Assembly: GCF_009914755.1 (NCBI RefSeq) | Contig: NC_060925.1 | Source of the DNA: the human T2T-CHM13v2.0 reference genome, Homo sapiens | Length of the DNA: 64,000 bases | Reading direction: 5' to 3' (one strand) | Position numbers and translations under genes: made by a program | Notes under the pieces: model-generated | What the model saw: the letters and a program-made list of their open reading frames with translations, nothing else | Databases searched by the model: none | What the model was told of the DNA's origin: nothing | Shown: positions 41,091-53,179 of the stretch, piece by piece | Layout of the letters: the number at the start of each line of letters is the position of its first letter | Position numbering within the stretch: position 1 is the stretch's first letter

Positions 41091-44000
41091 TTTTTTTTCT
41101 TTTTTTTTAACTCTCTGTGTTCAGGGGTACGTGTGCAAGTTTATTACATAGGTAAATTTGTGCCATGGGTTTTTTTTTTTTTGTACAGATTATTTCATCA
41201 CCCAGCTATTAAGCTGAGTACTCATTAGTTATTTTTCCTGATCTTTTCCCTCCTCCCACCCTCCACCCCGTGATAGGCCCCAGTGCATGTTGTTCCCTTC
41301 TATGCCTCCAGCTCCAACCATGTCCCTGCAAAGGACATGATATTGTTCTTTTTTATGGCTGCATAGTATTCCATGGTGTATATGTACCACATTTTCTTTA
41401 TCCAGGCTATCATTGATGGGCATTTAGGTTGATTCCATGTTTTTGCTATTGTGAATAGTGTTGCAATGAACATACGCGAGTGTGTCTTTGTAACAGCACT
41501 ATTTATATTCCTCTCAGTATATACCCAGTAATGGGATTGCTGGGTCAAATGGTATTTCTGTCTTTAGGTCTTTCAGGAATTGCCACACTGTCTTCTATAA
41601 TGGTTGAACTAATTTACACTCTTACCAACAGTGTATAAGTGTTCCTTTTTCTCCACAACCTGGCCAGCATCTGTTATTTTTGGACTTTTTAATAACAGCC
41701 ATTCTGACTGGTATGAGATAGGATCTCATTGTGGTTTTGATTTGCATTTCTCTAATGAGCAGTGATGCTGAGCTTTTTTTTCCCCACATGATTCTTGGCC
41801 ACATGTATGTCTTCTTTTGGAAAGTCTGTTTATGTCCTTTGCCCATTACTTAATGAGATTGTTTATTTTTTTCCTTGTACATTTAAGTTCTTTGAGATGC
41901 TAGACATTAGACCTTTGTCAGATGCATAGTTTGCAAAAATTTTCTCCCATTTTGTAGGTTGTCTGTTTACTCTGTTGATAGTTTGTTTTGCTGTGCAGAA
42001 GCTCTTTAATTAGATCCCATTTGTCAATTTTGCTTTTGTTGCAATTGCTTTTGTCCTCTTCGTCATGAAGTCTTTGTCCATGCCTGTGTCCCAAATGGTA
42101 TTGCCTAGATTGTCTTCCAGGATTTTTATAGTTTTGGGTTTTACATTTATGTCTTTAATCGATCTTGGGTTAATTTTTGTATGTGCTATAAAGAAGGGGT
42201 CCAGTTTTAGTCTTCTGCATGTGGCTAGCCGGTTACCCAGCACCATTTATTGAGGAGGGAATTATTTCCCCATTGCTTGTTTTTGCCAGGTGTGTTGAAG
42301 TTCATATAGTTGTACATGTGTGGCCTTATTTCTGGGTTCTCTATTCTGTTTTGTCAGTCTATGTGTCGGTTTCTGTATCAGTATCATGCTGTTTTGGTTA
42401 CTATAGCCCTTTAGTGTTATTTGAAGTTGGGTAGCATGATGCCTCCAGCTTTGTTCTTTTTGCTTAGGATTGCCTTGGATATATGGGCTCTTCTTTGGTT
42501 CCATATGAATTTTAAAATAATTTTTTTCTAGTTCTGTGAAGAATGTCAATGGTAGTTTGATAGGAATAGCATTGAACCTATAAATTGCTTTGAGCAGTAT
42601 GGCCATTTTCACAATATTGATTCTTCCCATCCATGAGCATGGAATGTTCTTCCATTTGTTTTGTATCATCTCTGGTTTCTTTGAGCAGTGGGTTGTAGTT
42701 ATACTTGTAGCTATCTTTCACTTCCCTAGTTAGCTGCATTGCTAGGTATTTTATTCCTTTTGTGGCAGTTGTGAATGGTAATTTGTTGCTGATTTGGCTC
42801 TCAGCTTGACTGCTGTTGGCATATAGGTATGCTAGTGATTTTTGCACATTGATTTTGTATCCTGAGACTTTGCTGAAGTTGTTTATCAGCTTATGAAGCT
42901 TTTGGGCTGAGACGATGGCATTTTCTCAACATCGATAATGTTACCTATAAACGGGTAGTTTTACTTCTTCTCTTCCTATTTGGATACACTTTATTTCTTT
43001 CTCTTGCCTGATTGCCCCAGCCAGAACTTCCAATACTATGTTGAATAGGAGTGGTAAGAGAGGGCATCCTTATCTTGTACCAGTTTTCAAGAGGAATGCT
43101 TCCAGCATTCGCCTATTCAGTATGATGTTGGCTGTGGGTTTGTCATAGATGGCTTTTATTATTTTGAGGTATGTTCCTTTAATATCTAGTTTATTGAGAG
43201 TGTTTAACCATGAATGGATGCTGTATTTTATTGAAAGCTTTTTCTGCATCTATTGAGATAATCATGTGGTTTTTGTCTTTAGTTCTGTTTTTGTAATGAA
43301 TTACATTTATTGATTTGCATATGTTGAGTCAACCTTGCATCCCAGGGATAAAGCCTACTTGATTGTGGTGGATAAGCTTTTTAGTGTGGTGGTGGATTCA
43401 GTTTGCCAGTATTTTGTTGAGTATTTTTGCATTGATGTGCACAAGGATATTGGCCTGAAGTTTTCTTTTGTTGTGTCTCTGCCAGGTTTTGGCATCAGGA
43501 TGATGCTGGCCTCATAGAATGAATTAGGTAGGAATCTCTCCTTCTCAGTTTTTTGGAATAGTTTCAGTAGGAATGGTGCCAGCTCTTTTTTGTACATCTG
43601 GTAGAATTCAGCTGTGAATCCATCTGGTCCTGGGCTTTTTTTGGTTGGTAAGTTATTTATTACTGCCTCAATTTCAGAGCTTCTTATTGGTCTGTTCAGG
43701 AATTCAGTTCTTTTCCTGGTTCAGTCTTCGGAGGGTGTATGTGTCCTGGAAATGATAACTTTCTTCTAGATTTTCTAGTTTGACATATTAATAATATTCT
43801 CTGATGGTTGTTTGTAATTCTGTGGGGTCAGTGGTAATATCCCCCTTGTTTCTTATTGTGTTCATTTGAATCTTCTCTCTTTATTAGTCTAGTTAGTGGT
43901 CTATTTTATTAATTTTTTTTTAAACCAATTCCTGGATTCACTGACATTTCAAGTCTCTAATCCTTTCAGTTCAGCTCTGATTTTGTTTATTTCTTGTCTT

Positions 44001-44805
44001 CTGCTAGCTTTGGGATTGGTTTGTTCTTGGTTCTCTAGTTCTTTTACTTTTGATGTTAGGTTATTAACTTGAGATCTTTCTAACTTTTTGTTGTAGGTGT
44101 TTAGTGCTATAACTTTCCCTCTTAACATTGCCTTAGCCGTGTCCCAGAGACTGTGGTATGTTGTATTTTTATTCTGGTTAGTTTGAAAGAACTTGCTAAT
44201 TTTTGCCTTAATTTCATCATTTACCCAAAAGTCATTCAGGAGCAGGTCATTCAATTTCCATGTAATTATATGGTTTTGAGTGAATTTCTTAGCCTTGATT
44301 AGTAATTTGATAGTGCTGTGGTCCAAGAGACTATGTTATGATTTCAGTTCTTTTGCATTTGCTGAGGAGTGTTTTCTGATTATGTGATCAATTTTAGAGT
44401 ATGTGCCATGTGATGATGAGAAGAATGTATATTCTGTTGTTTTTGGGCGGAAAGTTCTGCAGACATCTATCAGGTCCATTTGATGTAGTGCTGAGTTCAG
44501 GTCCTAAATGTCTTTAATTTTCTGTCTAGATGATCTGTCTAATATTGTCGGTGGTGTGTTAAAGTCTCCCCTTATTGTGGGGGAGTCTAAGTCTCTCTGA
44601 AAGTCTCTAAGAACTTGTTTTATGAATCTGGGTGCTCCTGTGTTGGGTGCATATATATTTAGGACAGTTAGATTTTCTTGCTGAGTTGAATCCTTTACCA
44701 TAATGTAATGCCCTTCATTGTCTTTTTTGAACTTCGTTGGTTTAAAGTCTGTTTTGTCAGAAATTAGGATTACAATCCCTGATTTTTTCTGTTTTGCATT
44801 TCCGT
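41091..44805 (-). mobile_element. L1PA11-13-like element, 3' UTR to the endonuclease domain of ORF2; multiple stops and frameshifts
   Basis: 3' end ttcaggggtacgtgtgcaagtttattacataggtaaa...ttatttcatcacccag. ORF2 remnants include LNIYAPNTGAPRFIKQ (EN), NFRPISL and KWKNIPCSW. Confidence 0.9.
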
Positions 44806-44946
44806 CCATCCACAGTTTTACAATGGAAGCATTGTATTGTCTATCCAGAGATCAGTACTGATAAACTCTCAATACTTGTCCTTCCACATCATTTTTTTCC
44901 TATAGTTCTTTATACACACATTTATGTTTTCCCCCAAATGAGCTTA

Positions 44947-44949
<3 letters not shown>

Positions 44950-44996
<47 letters not shown>
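44950..44996. repeat. Pure (TA)~23 microsatellite
   Basis: 47 nt of uninterrupted alternating TA. Confidence 0.95.
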
Positions 44997-44999
<3 letters not shown>

Positions 45000-45000
<1 letters not shown>

Positions 45001-47400
45001 TAGTCTAAGATTCATTTTAGTTAAATGATCTCTATCCTTTCACATTACTAAATTTTCGTTCTTGTTTGATACCCAGACAGTAATCATATTTTACTAAGGT
45101 CCTTTATATCTGCTTTGGCCAAGCTGGTATCCAATCTAGGACTACACATTGGATCTAGTTGTTTTGTTCCTTAAGACTGTCTTATTTAGCACCATCCTTT
45201 TTTATGACACCAGCTTGTTGAAGGGACCAGGCCAGTTGTCTTACAGAACGTTCTATCACCTGGCTTCTTATAATGTCATTTAGCATATTCCTTTATCCCT
45301 TCTGTTTCTTATAAACTAAAAGTTAAATCAAAAACCTTCGTGGGCCAGGTGTGGTGGCTCATGCCTATAATCCCAGCACTTTGGAAGGCTAAGGCGAGTG
45401 GATGGCTTGAGTCCAGGAGTTTGAGACCAGCCTGGGCAAGATGGCAAAACCCCATCTCTACAGAAAATACAAAAATTAGCCAGGGTGGTAGTGCGTGCCA
45501 GTAGTGCCAGCTACTCAGGAGGCTGAGATGGGTGAATCACTTGAGCCCAGGAGGTCAAGGCTGTGGTGAGCTATGATCGCACCACTGCACTCTAGCAGCC
45601 TGGGCAACAGAGTGAGACTCTGTCCCTCGCTTCCCCTCCGCACCCACCTCGCTCCGGCAAAAGACAAAGCTTCATAGATTAAAGAGGTTAATTATTTTTA
45701 GCTACAATACCTATCATATCACCTATGAAGTCATAAGATGATACTTAAACTTTTCCCCAATTCTTATGAGAAATTTTAAATATCTAGAATGTTTGAAGGA
45801 ATTATATAACAAACACAATGGATCTACCATGTAGATCCAACAGTTGTTAATTTTTGCCCCCGAGTAACATTCTCCTACCTAACTACAATTACATATCACA
45901 CTTGATAATAGTACTTTTCTAATATCTAATATCTAGTCTGTCTTCACATTTTCCTAGTTGTCTCCAAATATATTTTAAAGCTATTTTGTCAACCCAGAAT
46001 CAGCCAAATGCGTCATTTGGTTTCATGTCTATTAGTCTACTTCGATCTAGAATAGTTCAACCATGTTTTAAAATGATATGACTTTTTGAGGAGTCCAGAC
46101 TTATTGTCTTATAGAATGTCCCACACACTGGATTTGACTTTTTAAAATTGCGTTATTCTTAAATTTGTTCTTCTATCCCATCTGTTTCTGTAAACTGAAA
46201 GTTAGATCTAGATCCTCTAGAGTCCTGATTTAATAAAACAATTTTTTTTTTTGCAAAAATAACTTCATATAGAATGCCGTATGCTTCATATTGTATCTGT
46301 GGGATGCGTATAATGTCAGGTGGTCCCCCCTGTTTGCATTGCTAAGTCAAATCACTTGCGTATGGTGGTGGTGCCAGATCTCTCCCTTGTAAAGGTACAT
46401 TTATCCCTTTGCAATTAGCAAGCAACATGTGAGGTGTTAATTCAGTGCTATCTGAATATCTTCTTCCCCAATAACCTGGAAAATAGTGAATAGTTTTAGC
46501 ATTTTTTGGTGAAACTTGCTTGAATCAGTTTTTTGAGTGGGAGTTTGAAATGCTGATTTTCCAAATCTATCATTATGCTTGCATTTGATAGGTGGCATTC
46601 TTCTGTAAAGAAGACTTTTCCATCATAAACTGGAGCTGAATACAGTTTATCATAAAAAGCCAGGGCAAATGTGTAATCGTTCCTCTTTAAACATCATTTT
46701 ATAGAATAAGGAGTTCAGTGAAATATTTTCCTTCAATAGTAGTGTCAAATAATTTTATATTTTACAATTCAATGTAGTAATTTTCCTTTTGGATGCTAAA
46801 ATTGTCCCAAATTTGGTCAAGCTAGCTTCTGTGTTCTCTTGATGAGCCTTTATTTGCCTCTGTTTCCTTAGTTTCTGGAACTGAAAGATATCCCAGTGCT
46901 TACCTTATATTTTCCTTAGCCCTGTATTGGAATCAGCCAAATCTTCAAAGCAGCCTTGATTCCTTTTAGTGGGGGAATTATATTTAGGAGCCAAGATCCG
47001 AGTCTGTCCATTACTACAGGGTTGTTATTGTTCGGAGGCCTGAACATTTCCAGTGAGTAGACCTGGGGAATATGGTTTTATAAAAACATGAGTTTTATAA
47101 AATGTGAGTTCATACTGAGATTTTAAATTCAGATTTAACATTACTATGTTTTTTCTTAGCAACTTTGATTTTATACTTGTGCCTTTTCTCTACATTAATG
47201 AAGATCATAGTTTCTAATTACATGAGCGTATTATTTGTGGTGACACTATGAGTAGTTTCAAAATTATAATGCTCAACATTTTGACAAAAAATCACTGAAT
47301 GACAGTTAAGAATCATTTCAGTTCTTTTTTCTCTTAGGGTGGAGGTATACTGAGTGCTCTGTATTCAAAAGCCATTTGAAATAATGCTTTTTAATGTGTG
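45000..47400 (-). mobile_element. Degraded L1MC4/L1MC5-type 3' region
   Basis: ttgttgaagggaccaggccagttgtcttacagaa; taaactgaaagttagatctaga; tggaatcagccaaatcttcaaagcagccttgattccttttagtggggga. Confidence 0.6.
45343..45625 (+). mobile_element. AluJ (sense) with a C-rich block before a vestigial A tail
   Basis: ggtcaaggctgtggtgagctatgatcgc; tail ccctcgcttcccctccgcacccacctcgctccggc-aaaagacaaa. Confidence 0.88.
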
Positions 47401-48229
47401 TTCATATTACTGATTTGATATTTGGTTAAATTCTTCTAATTTTGAATTTGCTTTTTGTCTTTTTGATTTATCAGTCCTATTTTTTATATTTACAAGTTCT
47501 CTTTGATGCTTTTGTATCTGTGAGGTCTTATAGTTTCTTTTCCTTGCATATTCTTTCAAGTTTACTTATGTTTTCAAACATGATAAACATATTTATCTTA
47601 CATTCTATAGCTGGTAATTCTACATCTGCAATCTTTGTTAGTCTGATTATCCATTTTACTTCTGTCAGTTCTCACCCATATTTTGGGATGTTTGATTGTG
47701 AGCCCATGTTAATTGCTGCTTTGTCCTTGGGAATTCTTTGGTGTCTGTGTTTGGAATACATTCATCCAGAGAATATTTAGGTTTATTTCTGCCAGGTGCT
47801 TGGAGTTGTTACCAACGTGGTGCTGCTTAAATTTCTGGCTTGGGGTTTTGAGGGGACACACAGGCAATGGGAATTTTGGGCTTTGGAAATCTGGATTTAT
47901 GTGGGCTGTCACTCTAACCTCCTATGTGTATGGGCTCCCAGGACTGCCACCTGTCCCCACATGTGGCTTGTGAAAAGCAAAGCCTAGGTCTTTGCAGCCT
48001 GGCAGGTTCTACCAGGGTAAAGACATGCACGACCGCTCGCCCATTTTTCTGCTCTTGCTTTATATATATATTTTTGGTCTCCAAGGACTTTTCCAAACAG
48101 CTCAAGTATATATTTGAAAAAGATGCTTTCACATATTTCATTTAGCATTTCTTAGGTGTTCTCCATTGGCATGATTTTCAAGATGGGACAGTCTGTTATA
48201 TTGCCAGAAATGGAAATTCCACTATACCT

Positions 48230-48480
48230 GTTTTTAAGAAGGAAGAAATCTCACAAGAAGCATCTCCAGCAGCTTCCCCCTTTATGTACCTTGTGGCCAT
48301 AACTGCATCATCTGGGTCATATGGCCATATTATAATCATCCCATGATTAGTTGTAACCAGGAATTTCTTCCAGGTTACTATGGGGAAGAGGTTGGACACG
48401 GGAATGAAATTCCCTTTCCAATGGCAAGGACTGGGGGAAGAGAGTTGTTTGGGAGGCAGCCAGTACTTTGTATTAGAGCA
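48230..48480. mobile_element. MLT1J/K-like LTR, second part
   Basis: agaagcatctccagcagcttccccctttatgtaccttgtggccataactg...tgggtcatatggcca. Confidence 0.5.
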
Positions 48481-48784
48481 ACTACTTCTGAATACAAAGT
48501 AGCAGTGTAGTGTTTCAAATTGGAAAATTTGAAAAGTAGTATAATAGGCAGCCAAGAAAATAGAAGATTTAAATGTTATAATTGTTTTATTCGACTCTTA
48601 AAACAATTAATTTGAGGCTTATGATTTGTAGAGTGACCAAATATCCCATTTTGCAGTCCTATTCTATATCTGTTTTCCTGATATCATTATTAATAGTTTC
48701 TTTCATTCTCAAAAGTGTCCCTGAAAAGTGAGCATCCATGGATTTTGGTATCTGTAGGGGTTCTGGGAACCAATTTCCCAGGGA

Positions 48785-49215
48785 TGCGACTGGAGCTCAG
48801 GAGTGAGATTGGCAATGGAGACAGGTACGTGGGAACTGTTGCACACATGTGATAACTGAGGCCACAGGAGTAAAAGGACTTCCTTGAAAAATGTGTAGAA
48901 TGAGAATAAAGGAGGGCCAAGTATAGAACTTTAGAGAATGTTAAAATTTAAGAGGTGAGCCGGAAAAGGAGTCAGTAACGAATGAGAAGGAATGTTAATA
49001 AACAAAGGAGGAAGCCAGTGGTTTTGTGAAGGTTGCAAGAAGAAAGCTCAATTTATCAGAGGTTGAAAAGAGGCTGCGTAAGAGGGGATTTAAGAGAGTC
49101 TTTCATTTTGGCAAATGGGAGGTCATAATTGACTTTGGTCATGGTTGACGTTGTTCATTTTGGGGGACTAAAGACCAGGGCTACAGAATAAATCAAAGGT
49201 GAAAAAATAGAGGCA
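48785..49215 (-). mobile_element. L2 fragment; its distal ~290 bp is duplicated at 50639-50930
   Basis: ctggagctcaggagtgagattgg..tggagac..; ttggcaaatgggaggtcat..gactttg. Confidence 0.65.
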
Positions 49216-50638
49216 GAAGCTAATATGCTGCTTTAGTTGTGTTAAATGATGACTTAACTGCCACGTAGTCTTAGATGGCCTTGCTATCACATAGCCCAGT
49301 GGGTCCTGACTGCATCTTTTTACCTTCTGGTGGACCTGCCATTTCCAGGCTGCTCCTCAGGGTCTCCGTCTCTCCAGGCTGCCATGATGTGGAGTATAGC
49401 ATGGCAAACATCCCCTTTCTTTCCAGCACATGGGCACCTTCAGCTTCAAGGTTTTGGTGCTAATCCTTCTTGAGATGTTTCAGAAAGATAAAATAAGCAT
49501 AAGGGGGTTATAAGGTTTGCAGAAGGCATGTGAGCTTTGGGCCCTGGTGGCAGCCTCTGATTTCCTTCTGAACTAATACAGAGATACTGTAATTTTTTTA
49601 TTCTGTCACTTTTAACCTCTCGATGGCAGGGCTCTCATTCCACTAAGGCCCTTTTTTCCATCCAAAAGTTGCGGTTAAGTGTGAGACAGCAGCACAGACA
49701 GTAAAAGATGTCTCTTTGTCTTACATGGAAGAAGATATACAACAGATCCTTCATCTCTAAATCTCAGGACTGGGTAACATTCTACCCTGTCCAGGAATGA
49801 CCCCCTCTGAACACCCCAAGCTGAGTGAGAGCTGCTTTAGAGATGCGCCTATACCACTGCCTCTGGGGTCTTTCTCCTGCAGCACTCACAGCGCAGGTGC
49901 TTAATGAGTACTTCACTTGCAGGTTCAGGTGAAGTAAAATTTCACAGGGACTCTGCCTGGCAGTTGACATCAGATTGGTGTTAGTGTGAGCAGCCAGATA
50001 TCCAGATGAGTGATTGATACAAGATTTTGCATAAGGCAGCAAAGGGAAATCATGCGTCGTACATTATTGCTCCAAAAAGGGATCGCTGCAAGTTAACAGA
50101 AATAGAGAATATAAATAGAGGTTGTTTCTCGTGGGATTGATTTGATGTGGTTAATCAAAGGAGAGAAATATTCACATACTCCATGGAAGGTGTTTAATCC
50201 TCTCCTGGTGGGGGTGGAAAAAAAACAGTGGTGGCTGCTTGTCTGTCAGGGCTCCGTTGCTACTCCCTGGGATTGAGAGGACATTGGGAGCTCCATGGCA
50301 ACAGGGTGACATTTGTTTTTCTTTCATTTCCCTTAATCCTCTCCTGGAGATATCAAACTAAAATTTTCTTCCCATTTATTTTTCTCTCTTTTCAGGGTGA
50401 TGTTGATGATGATTATTAATTTTAACCTTCTCCTTCAATTTCTAGTGAGAGTTAGAGCTGCTGTAATCAGGCTCTCAGGTGGAGGCCAGGCTCCAGGAAG
50501 ATCTTCCTGAGCACTGCCTGGGCAGGGCATTGGGCTGTGGATGTTGTCCACACCAGCGTTGTACCAGTCTACATGGGGTTACCTCTGCCCCCACTGTGGC
50601 TGGCCCAGCACCTGCATTAGACATATCTTACTGGAAGG

Positions 50639-50930
50639 ATAGAACTTTAGAGAACACTGATATTTGACAGGTAGATAGAAAAAGAGGGCTATCAATGAAT
50701 CAGAAGGAATATTAATTAATGAGGAAGTAAACAAGTGTCTTGTGAAGGTTTAAAAAAGAAGAAGGTACACAATTTATCAGAAGTTGAAGAGAGGCCAATA
50801 AGAGGGGAATGAAGAAAGTCTGTTTCAGTTTTGGCAAATGAGTCGTGATTGACTTTGGTCATGGTTGCCACTGTTCATTCGGGGGAATATAGACCAGGGT
50901 TGAATAATAATCAGACGTGAGAAAATGGAC
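50639..50930 (+). repeat. Diverged direct duplicate of 48923-49213
   Basis: Shared atagaactttagagaa, ttgtgaaggtt, caatttatcaga.gttgaa.agaggc, taagagggga, ttttggcaaatg, attgactttggtcatggttg, tgttcatt, agaccaggg. Confidence 0.85.
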
Positions 50931-51489
50931 ATAGTTTGGGGGAAATTTTAAATGTTTCTGCTTTCAGTAACTAAAAGCAATCAGAAACTAGTGGGAAATG
51001 TGATAGTGATTATAGCTTTCTGAAGGCCAGTGGGAGGCTGAATTCTCTTAATATGCAGGAATGTTCAGGAAGAGGGTACTGAGCAGCTCCTTTCCATGTC
51101 GGCCGAGTTCAAACAAGGTTTAAGTTTAAGCAAGGAAATGTTATTAGATATAGTCCTCAAGGGGTATACCACAGACTGGACACCTTCAGGAAGACACACA
51201 CTATCTCTTATACAGCTGAAAATACACACATCTCTTTCCCCAAGTAACTATTCAAGTCCAGGCTCTCAGTGGGCTCAAGGGAGTGTCCACATCTCCTGGA
51301 ATTTGGCCATAATGTTAATATCCTACAACTGTGGGCTCAGTTGTAGAGTTAGCTACCATTGACACCTTTATATTAAATAGAAGGGGAAAGAGATGGGAAT
51401 GAAGAGAAATACTAGCTAAAATTTACATGTAAATGCATTACACAGCAAATAAGAAAATACAGGTAATCGTTTAGAGCTAATTTTTATGT

Positions 51490-53175
51490 TTTTCATTAAG
51501 AAAACTTTTTAACTTGTAAAACTGATATATGATGTACATATTTTGGGGGTATATGTGGTAATTTGATACATTCATATAATCAGAGTAATTGAGATCTCCA
51601 TTACCTTATTTACCTTTTTAAATACTAGGAACATTTGAATTATTTTCTTGCTGTTTTGAAACATACAATCAATTAATGTTAACTATAGTTACCCTGTTGA
51701 TCTATTGAACAGCAGGTCTTCTGTCTTCTAAGTGTATATGTGTACCCATTAATCAACCTCTTTTCATCCTCCCCTCCTGCTTTCCCTTCCCAGCCTCTGG
51801 TAAATCACCAATCTACTCTATCTTGATGAGATTCACTTTTATATCTCTGACATGTGAGTGAGAACATGCAATGTTTATCTTTTTGTGCTTGGCTTAGTTC
51901 ACTTAACATAATGACCTCCAATTCCATTCATGTTTCTATAAATGACAGAATTTCATTCTTTTTTATGGCTGAATAATATTCCACTGTCTATATATTTCAA
52001 TTTTTTAACTCCATTCATTAATGGACATTTAGGTTGATTGCATATTTTGGTTATTGTGAATAATGCTGCAATAAACATGGGGAGTACAGATATTGCTTTG
52101 ACATGTTGATTTCCTTTCCATGGGGTGTGTATCCAGTAGTGGAATTGCTGGATCATATGGTGGTTCTATTTTTGTTTTTTGGGGGCAGTTTTTATACTGT
52201 TTTTCATAGTGGCTGTAGTAGTTTACATTCCCACCAACAGTGTATGAGGTTTCTCCTTTCTTTACATCTTCACCAGCATCTGTTATTTTTTTGATAAAAG
52301 CCATCCTAACTGGGGTGAGACGATATCTCATTGTGGCTTTGATTTGCATTTCTGTAATGATTAGTTATGTTGAACACTTTTTCGTATATTTTTTGGCCAT
52401 TTGTATGTCATTTTTTGAGAAATGTCTTTTAGATCTTTTGTCCATTTTTAAATGGGATTCTTTCTTTTTTTTGCTGTCGAGTTGTTTGAGCTCCTTGTAT
52501 ATTCTGGTTATTAATCTTTTGTTAGATAGTCTGTAAATATTTTCTCCCATTCTGTGGGATGTCTCTTCACTTTGTTGATTGTTTCTTTTGCTGTGCAGAA
52601 ACTTTTTAGCTTGATACAATCCATTTATCTATTTTTCCTTTTGTTGCCTGTGGTTTTGAGGCCTTGCCTAGAATCTTTGCCCAGACCAGTGTCCTGGAGT
52701 ATTTTCCCAGTGTTTTCCTCTAGCAGTTTCATAGTTGCAGGTCTTGGATGTAAGTCTTTAGTGTGGTTTGAATTAATTTTTGTATATGGTGAGAGATAGA
52801 GGTCTAATTTGGTTCTTCTGCATGTGGTTATCCAGTTTTCCCAGCACCATTTATTGAAGAGAGTGCCCTTTGCCTATTGTATGTTCTTGGCACCCTTGCT
52901 GAAAATGAGTTCACTGTGTATGCATGGATTTATATCTGGGTTCTCTATCCTATTGCATTGATCTGTATGTCTTTTTTTTTTAATGCCAGTACCATGATTG
53001 ATTTGGTTTCTGTAGCTTTGCAGTATATTTTGAAGTCAGATAGTGTGATGCCTTCAACTTCGTTCTTTTTGCTCAGGGTTGCTTTGGCTATTCGGGGTCT
53101 TTTGTAGTTCCATATGAGTTTTGGGATTGTTTTTTCTATTTCTGTGAAGACCGTCATTGGTATTTTGATGGGGAT
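51490..53175 (-). mobile_element. L1MA-type (MA3/4-like) 3' fragment
   Basis: ORF2 C-terminal remnants (MQIKATMRYRLTPVRMA; KRHFSKNDIQMAKKY). Possible eroded TSD tagagctaattttt / tagagcagtttct. Confidence 0.85.
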
Positions 53176-53179
53176 AGAG

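Noticed and set aside
45170-46215. Similar segments at ~45200-45335 and ~46065-46210
   Set aside because: Both look like L1MC4/5-type 3' sequence and are heavily diverged; explainable by repeat-family homology rather than local duplication.
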